Origin: Candidatus Margulisiibacteriota bacterium | Lineage (GTDB): Bacteria > Margulisbacteria > WOR-1 > O2-12-FULL-45-9 | Direction: 5' to 3' | Assembly (NCBI GenBank): GCA_034723395.1 | Contig: JAYEOW010000051.1 | Location: 1-24,331, forward strand | DNA length: 24,331 nt | Part shown: in pieces, positions 15,592 through 24,318 of the stretch | Position numbering within the stretch: position 1 is the stretch's first letter | Layout: each line of letters opens with the position of its first letter | Notes under the pieces: generated by a model | The model's input: only the letters and a program-made list of their open reading frames with translations | What the model was told of the DNA's origin: nothing | The model's database searches: none | Translations under genes and position numbers: made by a program

Positions 15592-16606
15592 AAATATAAT
15601 CGACTATCCTTTTGGCAGCATCTAACTTTGCTAACTTCATTCTATCATAATTAAGCGCAGTTTTTACGATCAGGGAAACAAATAATTCGGGAGTCAGGTC
15701 GTTGTCTTTTACTACGACCGCCGCTCCATCTTCCTCAATTACCTTGGCATTCAGGCGTTGGTGGTCTTCGGCCGCGTATGGGAAAGGGATCAGGATCATC
15801 GGCAATCCCCTGGCCAGGAATTCGGCGATTGCCGTTGCCCCGGCGCGGCTTACTACCAGGTCAGCCGAAGCTAATGCTTCTGCAATACTTTCGTGCAGGT
15901 AAGGCTGCGGATAATAATTATCGATCTTTTTTCCTTCTAGATATCTGCTCACCCAGCCAAAATCGCGATTTCCGATAATATGAATTATCTTTATATCCGG
16001 AGGGAGCTTGTCCAGAGAGGAAATAACTGTCTCATTGATCTTCTTTGCCCCCTGGCTTCCACCCATAATCAGGACTACCTTTTGTTGAGATTTTTTTCGC
16101 GGCGCGTCGATAATCTCTTTTCTGACCGGATTACCGACAACTTCCCCTTTTAGATATTTTTTGGATTCTTTAAAAGAGAGAAAAACCTGCTTGGCAAAAC
16201 GGGCGCAGAAGCGGTTTACCTGCCCGGGCAGGACATTCTGTTCGTGGAGAACGATCGGGATCCTTAATAGGCTTGCCGCTAATACTACGGGAAGGCTCGC
16301 GTATCCACCAGTTGAAACCAGAACCCCGGGAGAATATTTTTTTAGGATAAAGAACGCCTGGAAAAATCCGACTGCCGAAACAAATGGGGCTGAGATCGCT
16401 TTATACGAGATCTTTCTTAGAAAGGCCCGCGATCTTATCAGTTCGATCTTATACCCCGCTTTTTCAACCAGCTCTTTCTCCAGCCCGTCGCGACTGCCAA
16501 GAAACAGGATTTTGGCCTGCTTGTCCCTCGCCTTTATCTCGTCAGCAATCGCGACCCCCGGATAGATATGCCCACCCGTACCTCCGGAAACAATCACAAT
16601 TCTCAT
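15584..16606 (-). CDS. murG: Undecaprenyl-PP-MurNAc-pentapeptide GlcNAc transferase
   Basis: GGTGGHIYP, TGGYAS, HEQN, GNPVR, GGSQGA, SRAGA and HQRLNA motifs. Confidence 0.96.
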   Translation of the reverse strand: MRIVIVSGGTGGHIYPGVAIADEIKARDKQAKILFLGSRDGLEKELVEKAGYKIELIRSRAFLRKISYKAISAPFVSAVGFFQAFFILKKYSPGVLVSTGGYASLPVVLAASLLRIPIVLHEQNVLPGQVNRFCARFAKQVFLSFKESKKYLKGEVVGNPVRKEIIDAPRKKSQQKVVLIMGGSQGAKKINETVISSLDKLPPDIKIIHIIGNRDFGWVSRYLEGKKIDNYYPQPYLHESIAEALASADLVVSRAGATAIAEFLARGLPMILIPFPYAAEDHQRLNAKVIEEDGAAVVVKDNDLTPELFVSLIVKTALNYDRMKLAKLDAAKRIVDYIYA

Positions 16607-17700
16607 CGTTTTTCTTCCAGAGGTTGGGATGAGATATTCAAAAGCACCCCGACCGTGAAGAGGTTAATGATCGTCGCGGTGCCGCCGTAGCTGATAAATG
16701 GAAGCGGAATACCGGTTGTCGGCAATAATCCGAGGACGACCATGATGTTGATAATTGCCTGCAGGGTCAGCCACGAAATTAATCCAACGGCTAATAACGA
16801 AATAAAATCATCTTCTGCGCGGAGTGCGATCCTTATCCCTCTCGCCGCAAATATGGCGAATAAAAGGACTACTCCTGCCCCACCGATAAAGCCTAACTCT
16901 TCGCAAAGGATCGCAAAGATAAAATCGGTAAACTGCTGAGGAAGATAAAAGAATTTTTGTCGTGATGCCCCCAACCCCAACCCAAACAATCCCCCAGAAC
17001 CAACGGCAAGAAGCGATTGAATAATGTGGAAACCGGCTCCCTGCGGATCTTTCCAGGGATTTATGTAGGCAACCAGTCTGCGCATCCGATAAGGGCTGCT
17101 GACAGCAAGGCCGATCACTCCCGCAATCCCCATTCCGCCGATCCCCAACAGCTGCCAACGATTCGCCCCCGCGGCAAAGAGCATAATAAATGCGGTCCCG
17201 CCGATAGCGACAGCCGTACCTAAATCCGGTTGTAAAATAATCGGAGCTAATATGGTCCCGATCAAGATTAGTACCGGTAATAAGCCCCTGGTGAAATCTT
17301 TTAAGCGATCTCCCCAGTTAGATAGCAGGTATGCCAAAAAGAGGACCGAAGTGAATTTTATCAACTCGGACGGCTGGAAAGAGATAATGACCAGGTCGAT
17401 CCAGCGCGATGCGCCGCTGATCCGCCTTCCTACGCCTGGAATATAAACCAGGAATAAGAGAAGGAATGAGAGGACCAAGACAGGGAAAGCCCACCTTTTT
17501 AGCTTTTTAAGGTCGATCCTTAAACTTAGATAAAGAGCCGAAAACCCGAGCAGCAGGTATAAGATGTGGCGTTTTAAGAAATAATAGCTATCGCCTAACT
17601 TTAACGCCATGGTCGGGCTGGCCGAAAAGACCATGATTGCCCCGATCGCGGAAAGCGCCAGGACCGAAAAGAGGAATATATAATCGAGCTTACCTTTCAT
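16603..17700 (-). CDS. ftsW: SEDS peptidoglycan polymerase FtsW
   Basis: GASRWI, FQPSE, QPDLGT, YLPQQFTDFIFA and GIPLPFISYGG motifs; located between murD and murG. Confidence 0.93.
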   Translation of the reverse strand: MKGKLDYIFLFSVLALSAIGAIMVFSASPTMALKLGDSYYFLKRHILYLLLGFSALYLSLRIDLKKLKRWAFPVLVLSFLLLFLVYIPGVGRRISGASRWIDLVIISFQPSELIKFTSVLFLAYLLSNWGDRLKDFTRGLLPVLILIGTILAPIILQPDLGTAVAIGGTAFIMLFAAGANRWQLLGIGGMGIAGVIGLAVSSPYRMRRLVAYINPWKDPQGAGFHIIQSLLAVGSGGLFGLGLGASRQKFFYLPQQFTDFIFAILCEELGFIGGAGVVLLFAIFAARGIRIALRAEDDFISLLAVGLISWLTLQAIINIMVVLGLLPTTGIPLPFISYGGTATIINLFTVGVLLNISSQPLEEKR

Positions 17701-19025
17701 GCCAGCCTTGCGACCACCTTTTTAAATACCTTTCCGCGTTCTTCAAAATTCTTGAACATATCAAAGCTCGCACAAGCGGGAGAAAGGAGAACAATATCTC
17801 CCTTCTCTCCCAGATCAAATGATAATTTTACCGCCTCTTCCATCGAACCCGAAAGTTTAACCTCGGAATAACCAGTTTGCTCTAACGCCTGCTTAAACCT
17901 GACAGTTGCTTCCCCGATCAGAATTACCGCCTTCACTCCTTCTTTTACCTTTTTGCACAGAACATCAAGCTTGGTCCCTTTATCTTTTCCGCCAAGGATT
18001 AGAATTACGCTTTTCCCTTTAAAAGTGTCCAGCGCTACTAAGGTTGAATCGGGATTGGTCGCTTTCGAATCGTTATAAAAACTTATTCCGTTAATATCTT
18101 TAACCGGTTCTATCCGATGCTCTACCCCAGGAAAGGTTCTCAACACATCTGCAACAACTTTTCGTTCGACGCCACAAAGGTAAGCTGCCTGCGTAGCTGC
18201 TAAAGCATTCTCTAGATTATGGACTCCTGGTATCTTGATCTCATCTTTATTAAGGGTGATGATTGAATGATCGTTCTTTGAAAAACCGACTAACTTCGCT
18301 TTAGCGCTCCTTACCATTTCGACTACCCTTTTGTCTTCTTCATTAAAGATCACGTAATCATCACCATTCTGGTTTTTAAAGATGTTTGCCTTCTGATTGA
18401 TATAATTCTCCAGCGAGCCGTGCCGCTCGATATGATCTTCCTGGACATTTAGGATAACGCTGATCCACGGCTTGAAATCTTTTACAGTTTCGAGCTGATA
18501 GCTGCTTATTTCGGCGACAATATAGTCAAGATCGGTATCATCGACTGCAACCAGCGGGTAGCCAATATTTCCCGCGACTGCAGCCTTTTTTCCGCCTGCT
18601 TTAAGCATTTCGCTAATTAAAGTCGTGGTTGTAGTCTTTCCATTGGTCCCGGTAACTGCGACGATCGGTTTTTTTAGTATCTGATAAGCGATTTCTATCT
18701 CTGATACGATCGGGATCTTCTCTTGCTTTGCTTTTTCAAGGACCGGAATATCAAGGTGGATTCCTGGACTAACTACAATCAAATCCGCATTTAATGCCTT
18801 ATCGGTATGCCCCCCGAGCTCTATAGTAACGTTTAGCTCTGGATCGACTTCGACATCGGATCTAACCTCAGAAATCATCACCTTTGCGCCTAAAGCAGAC
18901 AACCGCTTAGCCGCGGCGATCCCGCTCCGCGCCATCCCAAGGATTGTTATCTTTTTATTCTTTAAATTAATACGCCGGTCACTCCTAATACGACTGCTAG
19001 TATCCAAAAACCGACCACGATCCAT
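17697..19025 (-). CDS. murD: UDP-N-acetylmuramoyl-L-alanine--D-glutamate ligase; start uncertain (ATG 19025 or ATT 18971)
   Basis: GMARSG, VSPGI, TGTNGKTTTT, EISSYQLE, NDSKATN and LLSPACASFDMF motifs. Confidence 0.95.
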   Translation of the reverse strand: MDRGRFLDTSSRIRSDRRINLKNKKITILGMARSGIAAAKRLSALGAKVMISEVRSDVEVDPELNVTIELGGHTDKALNADLIVVSPGIHLDIPVLEKAKQEKIPIVSEIEIAYQILKKPIVAVTGTNGKTTTTTLISEMLKAGGKKAAVAGNIGYPLVAVDDTDLDYIVAEISSYQLETVKDFKPWISVILNVQEDHIERHGSLENYINQKANIFKNQNGDDYVIFNEEDKRVVEMVRSAKAKLVGFSKNDHSIITLNKDEIKIPGVHNLENALAATQAAYLCGVERKVVADVLRTFPGVEHRIEPVKDINGISFYNDSKATNPDSTLVALDTFKGKSVILILGGKDKGTKLDVLCKKVKEGVKAVILIGEATVRFKQALEQTGYSEVKLSGSMEEAVKLSFDLGEKGDIVLLSPACASFDMFKNFEERGKVFKKVVARLA

Positions 19026-19897
19026 ACTTCCTGCTTACCCATCAGCTCAAAGTGATGATGGAGCGGGGTCATTTTAAAGACACGCTTTTTAAATAACTTA
19101 AATGATATTACCTGAAGGATCACTGAGAGCGCTTCGATCATAAAGATGCCGCCGATAAGCATCAGCCATAACTCCTTTTGGATTATTATAGCAATCCCCG
19201 CTAGGGCTGCCCCGATCGACAGCGACCCGACATCTCCCATAAAAACCCGTGCCCTGGGAAAATTGAAGAACAAAAAGGCAAAGATCGCTCCAGAGGCGAT
19301 GATACAAAAGGTAGCCGCGTATGGATGACCACTTTTAATGGCCAGCAGTCCGAAAGCGAGAAAAGCGATCGAGGCGGTCCCGGCCAGCAGCCCGTTCAGG
19401 CCGTCGGTCAGGTTAGTCGCATTTGCCGTACCTACGATTATAAAAGTAGAGAACAGAAAATAAAAAATAGGATGAATAAAAGTAAACAATTTTAATTGGG
19501 GATGATGGCCAAGCATAATAAACATTGAAAAAGCAGCCGCGAGAACGGACTGTAATATTATCTTCTGCCAGAACGTAAGCCCTTCATTCCTTCGCTTATA
19601 TACCTTAATAAGGTCATCGGTCAGGCCGATCAGGCCAAATCCGAGGGTTAACAGGATAAGGGCGAAGTATTTCAGATTCAGGTCAAAATCGATAAAGATA
19701 AAGGCGAAAGCAATGATCGTAATGATCAATCCGATTGCTCCCATAGTCGGGGTTCCGGCCTTTGATCTGTGGGTAGCTGGGCCTTCTTGACGGATATGCT
19801 GGGTTAGATGGAGGAATTCCAATACCCAAACTACTGGAAAGGTTATTAGAAGAGAAACTATTGAAACTGAGAAAAATAGTAAAATACGGCTAATCAC
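18962..19897 (-). CDS. mraY: Phospho-N-acetylmuramoyl-pentapeptide transferase
   Basis: KAGTPTMG, DD, NATNLTDGLNGL, FMGDVGS and MTPLHHHFE motifs. Confidence 0.96.
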   Translation of the reverse strand: MISRILLFFSVSIVSLLITFPVVWVLEFLHLTQHIRQEGPATHRSKAGTPTMGAIGLIITIIAFAFIFIDFDLNLKYFALILLTLGFGLIGLTDDLIKVYKRRNEGLTFWQKIILQSVLAAAFSMFIMLGHHPQLKLFTFIHPIFYFLFSTFIIVGTANATNLTDGLNGLLAGTASIAFLAFGLLAIKSGHPYAATFCIIASGAIFAFLFFNFPRARVFMGDVGSLSIGAALAGIAIIIQKELWLMLIGGIFMIEALSVILQVISFKLFKKRVFKMTPLHHHFELMGKQEVWIVVGFWILAVVLGVTGVLI

Positions 19898-19903
19898 CGG
19901 AGT

Positions 19904-19932
19904 ATTTTATCAGATTTTTAGCGTCGCGGCAA
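19904..19932 (-). promoter_or_regulatory. sigma70-type promoter, probably leaderless, for the mraY-mur operon
   Basis: TTGCCG-17 bp-TAAAAT with extended TGn, 6 nt before GTG(19897); no SD. Confidence 0.65.
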
Positions 19933-19934
19933 CC

Positions 19935-19977
19935 AAAAAGAAAGCCCTCGCGGTTCGACTTCGCTCACCACAAGGGC
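19935..19977 (-). terminator. Intrinsic terminator whose stem carries a REP-like core
   Basis: Minus strand GCCCTTGTGGT-GAGCGAAGTCGA-ACCGCGAGGGC followed by TTTCTTTTT, 24 nt after the stop at 20002. Confidence 0.7.
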
Positions 19978-20001
19978 CTTCAAATATAAATCCGATCTAT
20001 A

Positions 20002-20466
20002 TTACAGATATACCCTTAACCCAGCGACAGCAATGTTGCTTCCCTGGAGAAGATAGAAGTTAGTGGTAGAAGCTCCACCAACGCTAGTGCTCTGTAGTGT
20101 TAACACGTTCACATCTCCATAAACGCCGATATTGCTATCGAACATATACTCAGTTCCGAGTACTCCGCTGATGGTTATCGTGCTTGTGTTTCCAGCGGAT
20201 GCGATCCCTAATCCTCCAGCCCAATAAGCGGATAGCTTTTTGGCGGTAACCAGCTTGTTCTGGAATCTTCCCACGAGGTTCAATGTGGTCGCGTTGTTGA
20301 GTGAAACATAATTAAGACCGACATCAATCCGCTGAGAATCATTCAATTCAAACCCCATATATGGAATCCCGGCGGTAAAAAACCCGGTCTCTATTCCAAA
20401 TACATAGGCCTGCGAAGCTGATGCAAGGATGGCTAATCCCATTAAAACGACTAATAATTTTTTCAT
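20002..20466 (-). CDS. Small outer-membrane beta-barrel protein
   Basis: Signal peptide MKKLLVVLMGLAILASASQA, amphipathic strands, C-terminal AGLRVYL, strong SD AGGAGGTG. Confidence 0.72.
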   Translation of the reverse strand: MKKLLVVLMGLAILASASQAYVFGIETGFFTAGIPYMGFELNDSQRIDVGLNYVSLNNATTLNLVGRFQNKLVTAKKLSAYWAGGLGIASAGNTSTITISGVLGTEYMFDSNIGVYGDVNVLTLQSTSVGGASTTNFYLLQGSNIAVAGLRVYL

Positions 20467-20505
20467 TTATTTCACCTCCTTTTTTTGTAAATTATTTTTA
20501 GGGCC

Positions 20506-21165
20506 CTATTTACCTCTAAAAAGGTTATGCAGGAAATCGGCGGCCATATCTTTACAGCCGAGCCCAAAAGCAATTGCCGCAGCTAAGCCAAAGGCCCCGA
20601 TAATTACCCCGATCTGCGGAATAAATACATCGGTCGATATTCCCAGTTCGGCTAGCGCTGCCAGGAAGGCGAAAACAATAACAATATAATAAATAAGACG
20701 AGAAACAGTCTTTGATCCATCAATCCCAAAGTTGGCCATAATAAAGCGGACAATTCCTGACACCAGACCGGCAAGGAACAGGCCAATCCCTAAAATCAGC
20801 GAAGCAAGGAATACAATCCCCATATACGCGAAGACTTTGATCAACGCTCTTTCAACTGGTAAACCAAAAACACCCGCTACCCCGACGACTACCACAAAAG
20901 CGACAAACCAGTAGATCAGATCACCTAACAACTCCGAAGCACTCTTTCTTACGTTTCCTTTTTCTAAAAGAGAGTTGAAACCCACCCTCTGTGAAAGATT
21001 GTCTAATTTCAAGGCCTGTAAAACAATTGTGGTCAATGAACCTAATCCTTTAGCAACTAGAAGACCGACCAATAATAAGAGAAGAACAGTTAAAAGATTG
21101 AGGAGCATAGGCAGGATGCTTGACCAAGATGAACTGAGCGATATTATAATGCTATCAATATTCAT
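20506..21165 (-). CDS. Conserved TM-helix repeat protein (CmpX / small mechanosensitive-channel related)
   Basis: Two TM-helix repeats and C-terminal AAIAFGLGCKDMA motif; lacks an MscS cytoplasmic domain. Confidence 0.75.
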   Translation of the reverse strand: MNIDSIIISLSSSWSSILPMLLNLLTVLLLLLVGLLVAKGLGSLTTIVLQALKLDNLSQRVGFNSLLEKGNVRKSASELLGDLIYWFVAFVVVVGVAGVFGLPVERALIKVFAYMGIVFLASLILGIGLFLAGLVSGIVRFIMANFGIDGSKTVSRLIYYIVIVFAFLAALAELGISTDVFIPQIGVIIGAFGLAAAIAFGLGCKDMAADFLHNLFRGK

Positions 21166-21182
21166 GATTTCCCCCTAACTCT

Positions 21183-21401
21183 CTATTTAATTACCGCTAT
21201 AAGGATAGAAACTGCCAGAAACGCGATCGCGCATCCCCAGGTAATATGGTCCAATCCCTTTTCCAGCCCCTTTGGAGTGCCGAACATACGGGCCGACCCG
21301 CCAATTCCCCCCAGCCCCTCACCCTTCGCGGTATGTAACAGTACGAAGATAATCAGGGCAATCGCGGATACTAGTTGAATAATTAATAAAATTCCCTTCA
21401 T
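21183..21401 (-). CDS. secG: Preprotein translocase subunit SecG
   Basis: VLLHTAKGEGLGGIGG...LDHITW, two TM helices. Confidence 0.92.
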   Translation of the reverse strand: MKGILLIIQLVSAIALIIFVLLHTAKGEGLGGIGGSARMFGTPKGLEKGLDHITWGCAIAFLAVSILIAVIK

Positions 21402-21409
21402 TGAAAATC

Positions 21410-21438
21410 ATTTTATCCCAGCACTTCCGTCTTGTCAA
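21410..21438 (-). promoter_or_regulatory. sigma70-type promoter, probably leaderless, for secG
   Basis: TTGACA-17 bp-TAAAAT-8 nt-ATG(21401); no SD. Confidence 0.75.
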
Positions 21439-21464
21439 CCAGAAGTATTAACCCTGCGCCATGC

Positions 21465-21493
21465 TTGCATAGGTACAGGGTTAATAGTAGAAT
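21465..21493 (+). promoter_or_regulatory. sigma70-type promoter, probably leaderless, for gpmI
   Basis: TTGCAT-17 bp-TAGAAT-7 nt-ATG(21501); no SD. Confidence 0.7.
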
Positions 21494-21500
21494 GATTTAT

Positions 21501-23132
21501 ATGAAAAACACTCCGGTCTATTTATGCATTTTGGACGGCTTCGCCATCGGCGAGAAAAGCGATAGTAATGCGATCTACCAGGCTATTAAGCAAGGGAAGG
21601 CCCCTTTTATTAAGGATCTATTCGATAACCATCCCTATTCTAAACTAGAATGCTCAGGCCTTGCCGTCGGCCTTCCGGAAGGGACGATGGGAAATTCCGA
21701 AGTTAATCACCTGAACATGGGGGCCGGACGGATCGTTTACCAATCGATCGAAAGGATCAATGTCGCTATCGAAAACGGCAGTTTTTATAAGAACGAAGCA
21801 CTTTTAAAAGCGGTTGAAAATTGCAGGCACTTTGGCTCTACCCTTCACTTAATGGGACTGCTTCAAGGCCATGGGGGGACGGTTCACGCAAGCATAAAAC
21901 ATCTTTTTTCGCTCCTTGAACTTGCCAAGAAATCCGAACTCCGCGATGTCGCTATTCATTTATTTACCGATGGGAGAGATACCAACCCTAAGGCTGCCGG
22001 CGAAATTTATCTAAAAATGCTCGAAGATAAGATCGCTGAATTGGGTTTGTCTGAAGTGGCAAAGATCGCTACGGTAATGGGCCGTGAGATCGCGATGGAC
22101 CGTGATACGGCGTGGAATAAGACCTTGACCGCGATGAGGGCTTTGGTTACCGGTCAGGGAGAATTCAAAGCGTTAACCGCTCGTGAAGCGATCGAAGGAT
22201 CATATAAGCGCGGCCAAACGGATGAATTTATCCGCCCTGCTATAATCGGCGGCTATGCGGGCATGGGGCCGGATGATTCAGCCATCTATTTCAATTTTCG
22301 ACAAGATCGGACCATCCAATTGACTACTGCTTTCTGTGAAAGGGATAAAAAATTCTTTGACTATAAGAAAGGCACTAGGCCAATCGAAGATGTAGTTTAT
22401 AATGAAATCCAGGATTTAAGAAAAAAAATAGAAAATTTAGTTTTTGTTGCCATGACCGAATACTATCCTGGATTGGACGCTCTAACCGCTTTTCCGGAAA
22501 AGACAATCCCGGATACGGTTGGAGAAATTGTTTCTAATGCTGGTCTAAAACAACTTCGCCTAGCGGGGCCGGAAAAATTTGCCCATGTTACCGGCTGGTT
22601 CTCAGGTAGAAGAACGGACCCCTTCCCCGGCGAAGACCGCCACTTGGCGCAGGATTTAAAACTTAAAGAACGGACCGAAGGAGGCAAGCACTACGACCTG
22701 GCCCCTGAAATGACCGCATTCCTGGAAACTGATTACGCACTTAAGGCGATCGAATCCGGCAAGTACTCGCTTATCGTTCATAACTATCAAAATGGCGACA
22801 TGGTCGGCCACACCGGAAATTTGGAAGCAGCAACCAAAGCAATTGGTGATATTTCCAGCTGCCTCGAAAAAACCGTCCCCGCATTTACTAAAAAAGGCGG
22901 GATTTTTATAATCACTGCCGATCACGGCAACTGCGATGAAATGGAGCTTAAAAAGGGCGACAAAATGGTCGTCAGCACTCAACATTCTCTCCATCCTGTC
23001 CCCTTCTGGGTCATTGGAAAAGATGTTAACCTAAAAGAAAAAGGGATCGTTCCGGATGTTGGAGTAACTGTTTTGGACCTGATTGGACTCGAAAAACCGA
23101 AGGATATGACGGCGGGAACTTTGCTAATTTAG
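21501..23132 (+). CDS. gpmI: 2,3-bisphosphoglycerate-independent phosphoglycerate mutase
   Basis: ILDG, VGLPEGTMGNSEVNH, DGRDT, MDRD, FNFRQDR, DMVGHTG and ITADHGN motifs; start moved to ATG 21501. Confidence 0.95.
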   Translation: MKNTPVYLCILDGFAIGEKSDSNAIYQAIKQGKAPFIKDLFDNHPYSKLECSGLAVGLPEGTMGNSEVNHLNMGAGRIVYQSIERINVAIENGSFYKNEALLKAVENCRHFGSTLHLMGLLQGHGGTVHASIKHLFSLLELAKKSELRDVAIHLFTDGRDTNPKAAGEIYLKMLEDKIAELGLSEVAKIATVMGREIAMDRDTAWNKTLTAMRALVTGQGEFKALTAREAIEGSYKRGQTDEFIRPAIIGGYAGMGPDDSAIYFNFRQDRTIQLTTAFCERDKKFFDYKKGTRPIEDVVYNEIQDLRKKIENLVFVAMTEYYPGLDALTAFPEKTIPDTVGEIVSNAGLKQLRLAGPEKFAHVTGWFSGRRTDPFPGEDRHLAQDLKLKERTEGGKHYDLAPEMTAFLETDYALKAIESGKYSLIVHNYQNGDMVGHTGNLEAATKAIGDISSCLEKTVPAFTKKGGIFIITADHGNCDEMELKKGDKMVVSTQHSLHPVPFWVIGKDVNLKEKGIVPDVGVTVLDLIGLEKPKDMTAGTLLI

Positions 23133-23260
23133 AATCCTAATCCTTCTTTTATCCAATTGATAACACGATCAATTATACTTTGCTGTGTTTGTTTCGGCGA
23201 ACTAATTACAAAAATTTCAGTTGTTATTAAATTATTAAATTTGTTCACTTAGAGATATGC

Positions 23261-23488
23261 CTACAACAAATCAATCAACTGTTCAATGCTAATCTCAGCA
23301 TCTCTGAGTAACTTTCTTAAAAGCCCTTTCCCCAATTCTTTATGATTCGGAATGGTAAGAGGCTTCTTTTTCTTGTCTGATTTATGATGCATCCGGATAT
23401 GACTTCCCTTTTGATGAGTCACTTCGTAACCAAGTTTCTTAAAGCATTTTACTGCTTTATCACCAGAAATAACAGGTAATTTAGGCAT
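23261..23488 (-). CDS. hicA: HicA-family toxin (mRNA interferase)
   Basis: MPKLPVISG, QKGSH, TIPNHKELGKGLLRKLL motifs. Confidence 0.92.
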   Translation of the reverse strand: MPKLPVISGDKAVKCFKKLGYEVTHQKGSHIRMHHKSDKKKKPLTIPNHKELGKGLLRKLLRDAEISIEQLIDLL

Positions 23489-23708
23489 AAGCGAGGGTTG
23501 AGAAGCTTATTTCTTGCGGGTTATACTCTTTTAATAGAACTTTATTTTCTTTTTCTTTTAAACAAATATCAATAACTTCTTTGATATTTTTAATAGCTTC
23601 ATCTATAGTCTTCCCCTGAGAATAACATCCAGAAAAAAGCGGACATTCTACTACATAATAACCATCTTCATCTTTCTCAATAACTAAAGGCAACAAGTGC
23701 TTTTTCAT
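23481..23708 (-). CDS. hicB: HicB-family antitoxin (short, no DNA-binding domain)
   Basis: IEKDEDGYYVVECP..GCYSQGKTIDEAIKNIKEVI; SD GAGGGG; overlaps the hicA start. Confidence 0.92.
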   Translation of the reverse strand: MKKHLLPLVIEKDEDGYYVVECPLFSGCYSQGKTIDEAIKNIKEVIDICLKEKENKVLLKEYNPQEISFSTLAYA

Positions 23709-23734
23709 ATAATTCCCCTCCTATCATCATGTGT

Positions 23735-23743
23735 ATTATAGCA
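23735..23743 (-). promoter_or_regulatory. Extended -10 promoter for hicBA
   Basis: TGCTATAAT on the minus strand, 26 nt upstream of the hicB ATG. Confidence 0.6.
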
Positions 23744-23790
23744 TACAATTATAATGAGTTGAAATATTGAGGATATGACCGCAGAATCAC

Positions 23791-24294
23791 TTATTTCCAA
23801 ATCCGCTTCTTGAGCTTTTCCTCAACTTCTTTAATCGGGTAGATTAATTCGGTAACCTCATCCGGTTCAAACCAGAGCTTAATCTCTGTTTCCGCCTCAG
23901 CTTCATTTGCTGAACAATGAAGAACATTCTCAAATAGGCCTTTAGTAGTTAATCTGCCGAATTGGCCGCGAATGCTGGTAGGATCGGCTTCTTCAGGATT
24001 GGTTGTCCCCGCCAGCTCCCTCACCTTTGAGATTGCCTTTGTACCCGCATACACCAGCGCTAAAACTCTTTTATACTGCTTTCCGTGAAGTTCACCCATC
24101 ATATATTTTACGACCGCATCAAAAAATGGTTTATCTTTGAGGTGGGCATAATGCTTTTCGGCAAGTTCTTTGGAGACCTCAACAACTTTGGCGGCAACGA
24201 TCCTTAACTTGCCTTCTGATAAACGGGTCAAAACATTGCCGGTTAAAGATTTTTTCAGTCCGTCCGGTTTAATTACTACTAATGTCTGCTGCAT
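23791..24294 (-). CDS. ndk: Nucleoside-diphosphate kinase
   Basis: TLVVIKPDG, HYAHLKDKPFF, GTTNPEEA, SIRGQFG, NVLHCS (catalytic His) and EIKLWF motifs. Confidence 0.93.
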   Translation of the reverse strand: MQQTLVVIKPDGLKKSLTGNVLTRLSEGKLRIVAAKVVEVSKELAEKHYAHLKDKPFFDAVVKYMMGELHGKQYKRVLALVYAGTKAISKVRELAGTTNPEEADPTSIRGQFGRLTTKGLFENVLHCSANEAEAETEIKLWFEPDEVTELIYPIKEVEEKLKKRIWK

Positions 24295-24318
24295 TATCCT
24301 ATTATCTATTTCCCAAAA

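Noticed and set aside
21432..21500. 23-aa N-terminal extension of GpmI in the ORF track
   Set aside because: Overlaps the divergent secG and gpmI promoters; homology begins at Met 21501.
3684..22994. Numerous 60-180 aa ORFs antisense or out of frame to housekeeping genes
   Set aside because: Shadow ORFs of well-supported genes with no recognisable motifs.
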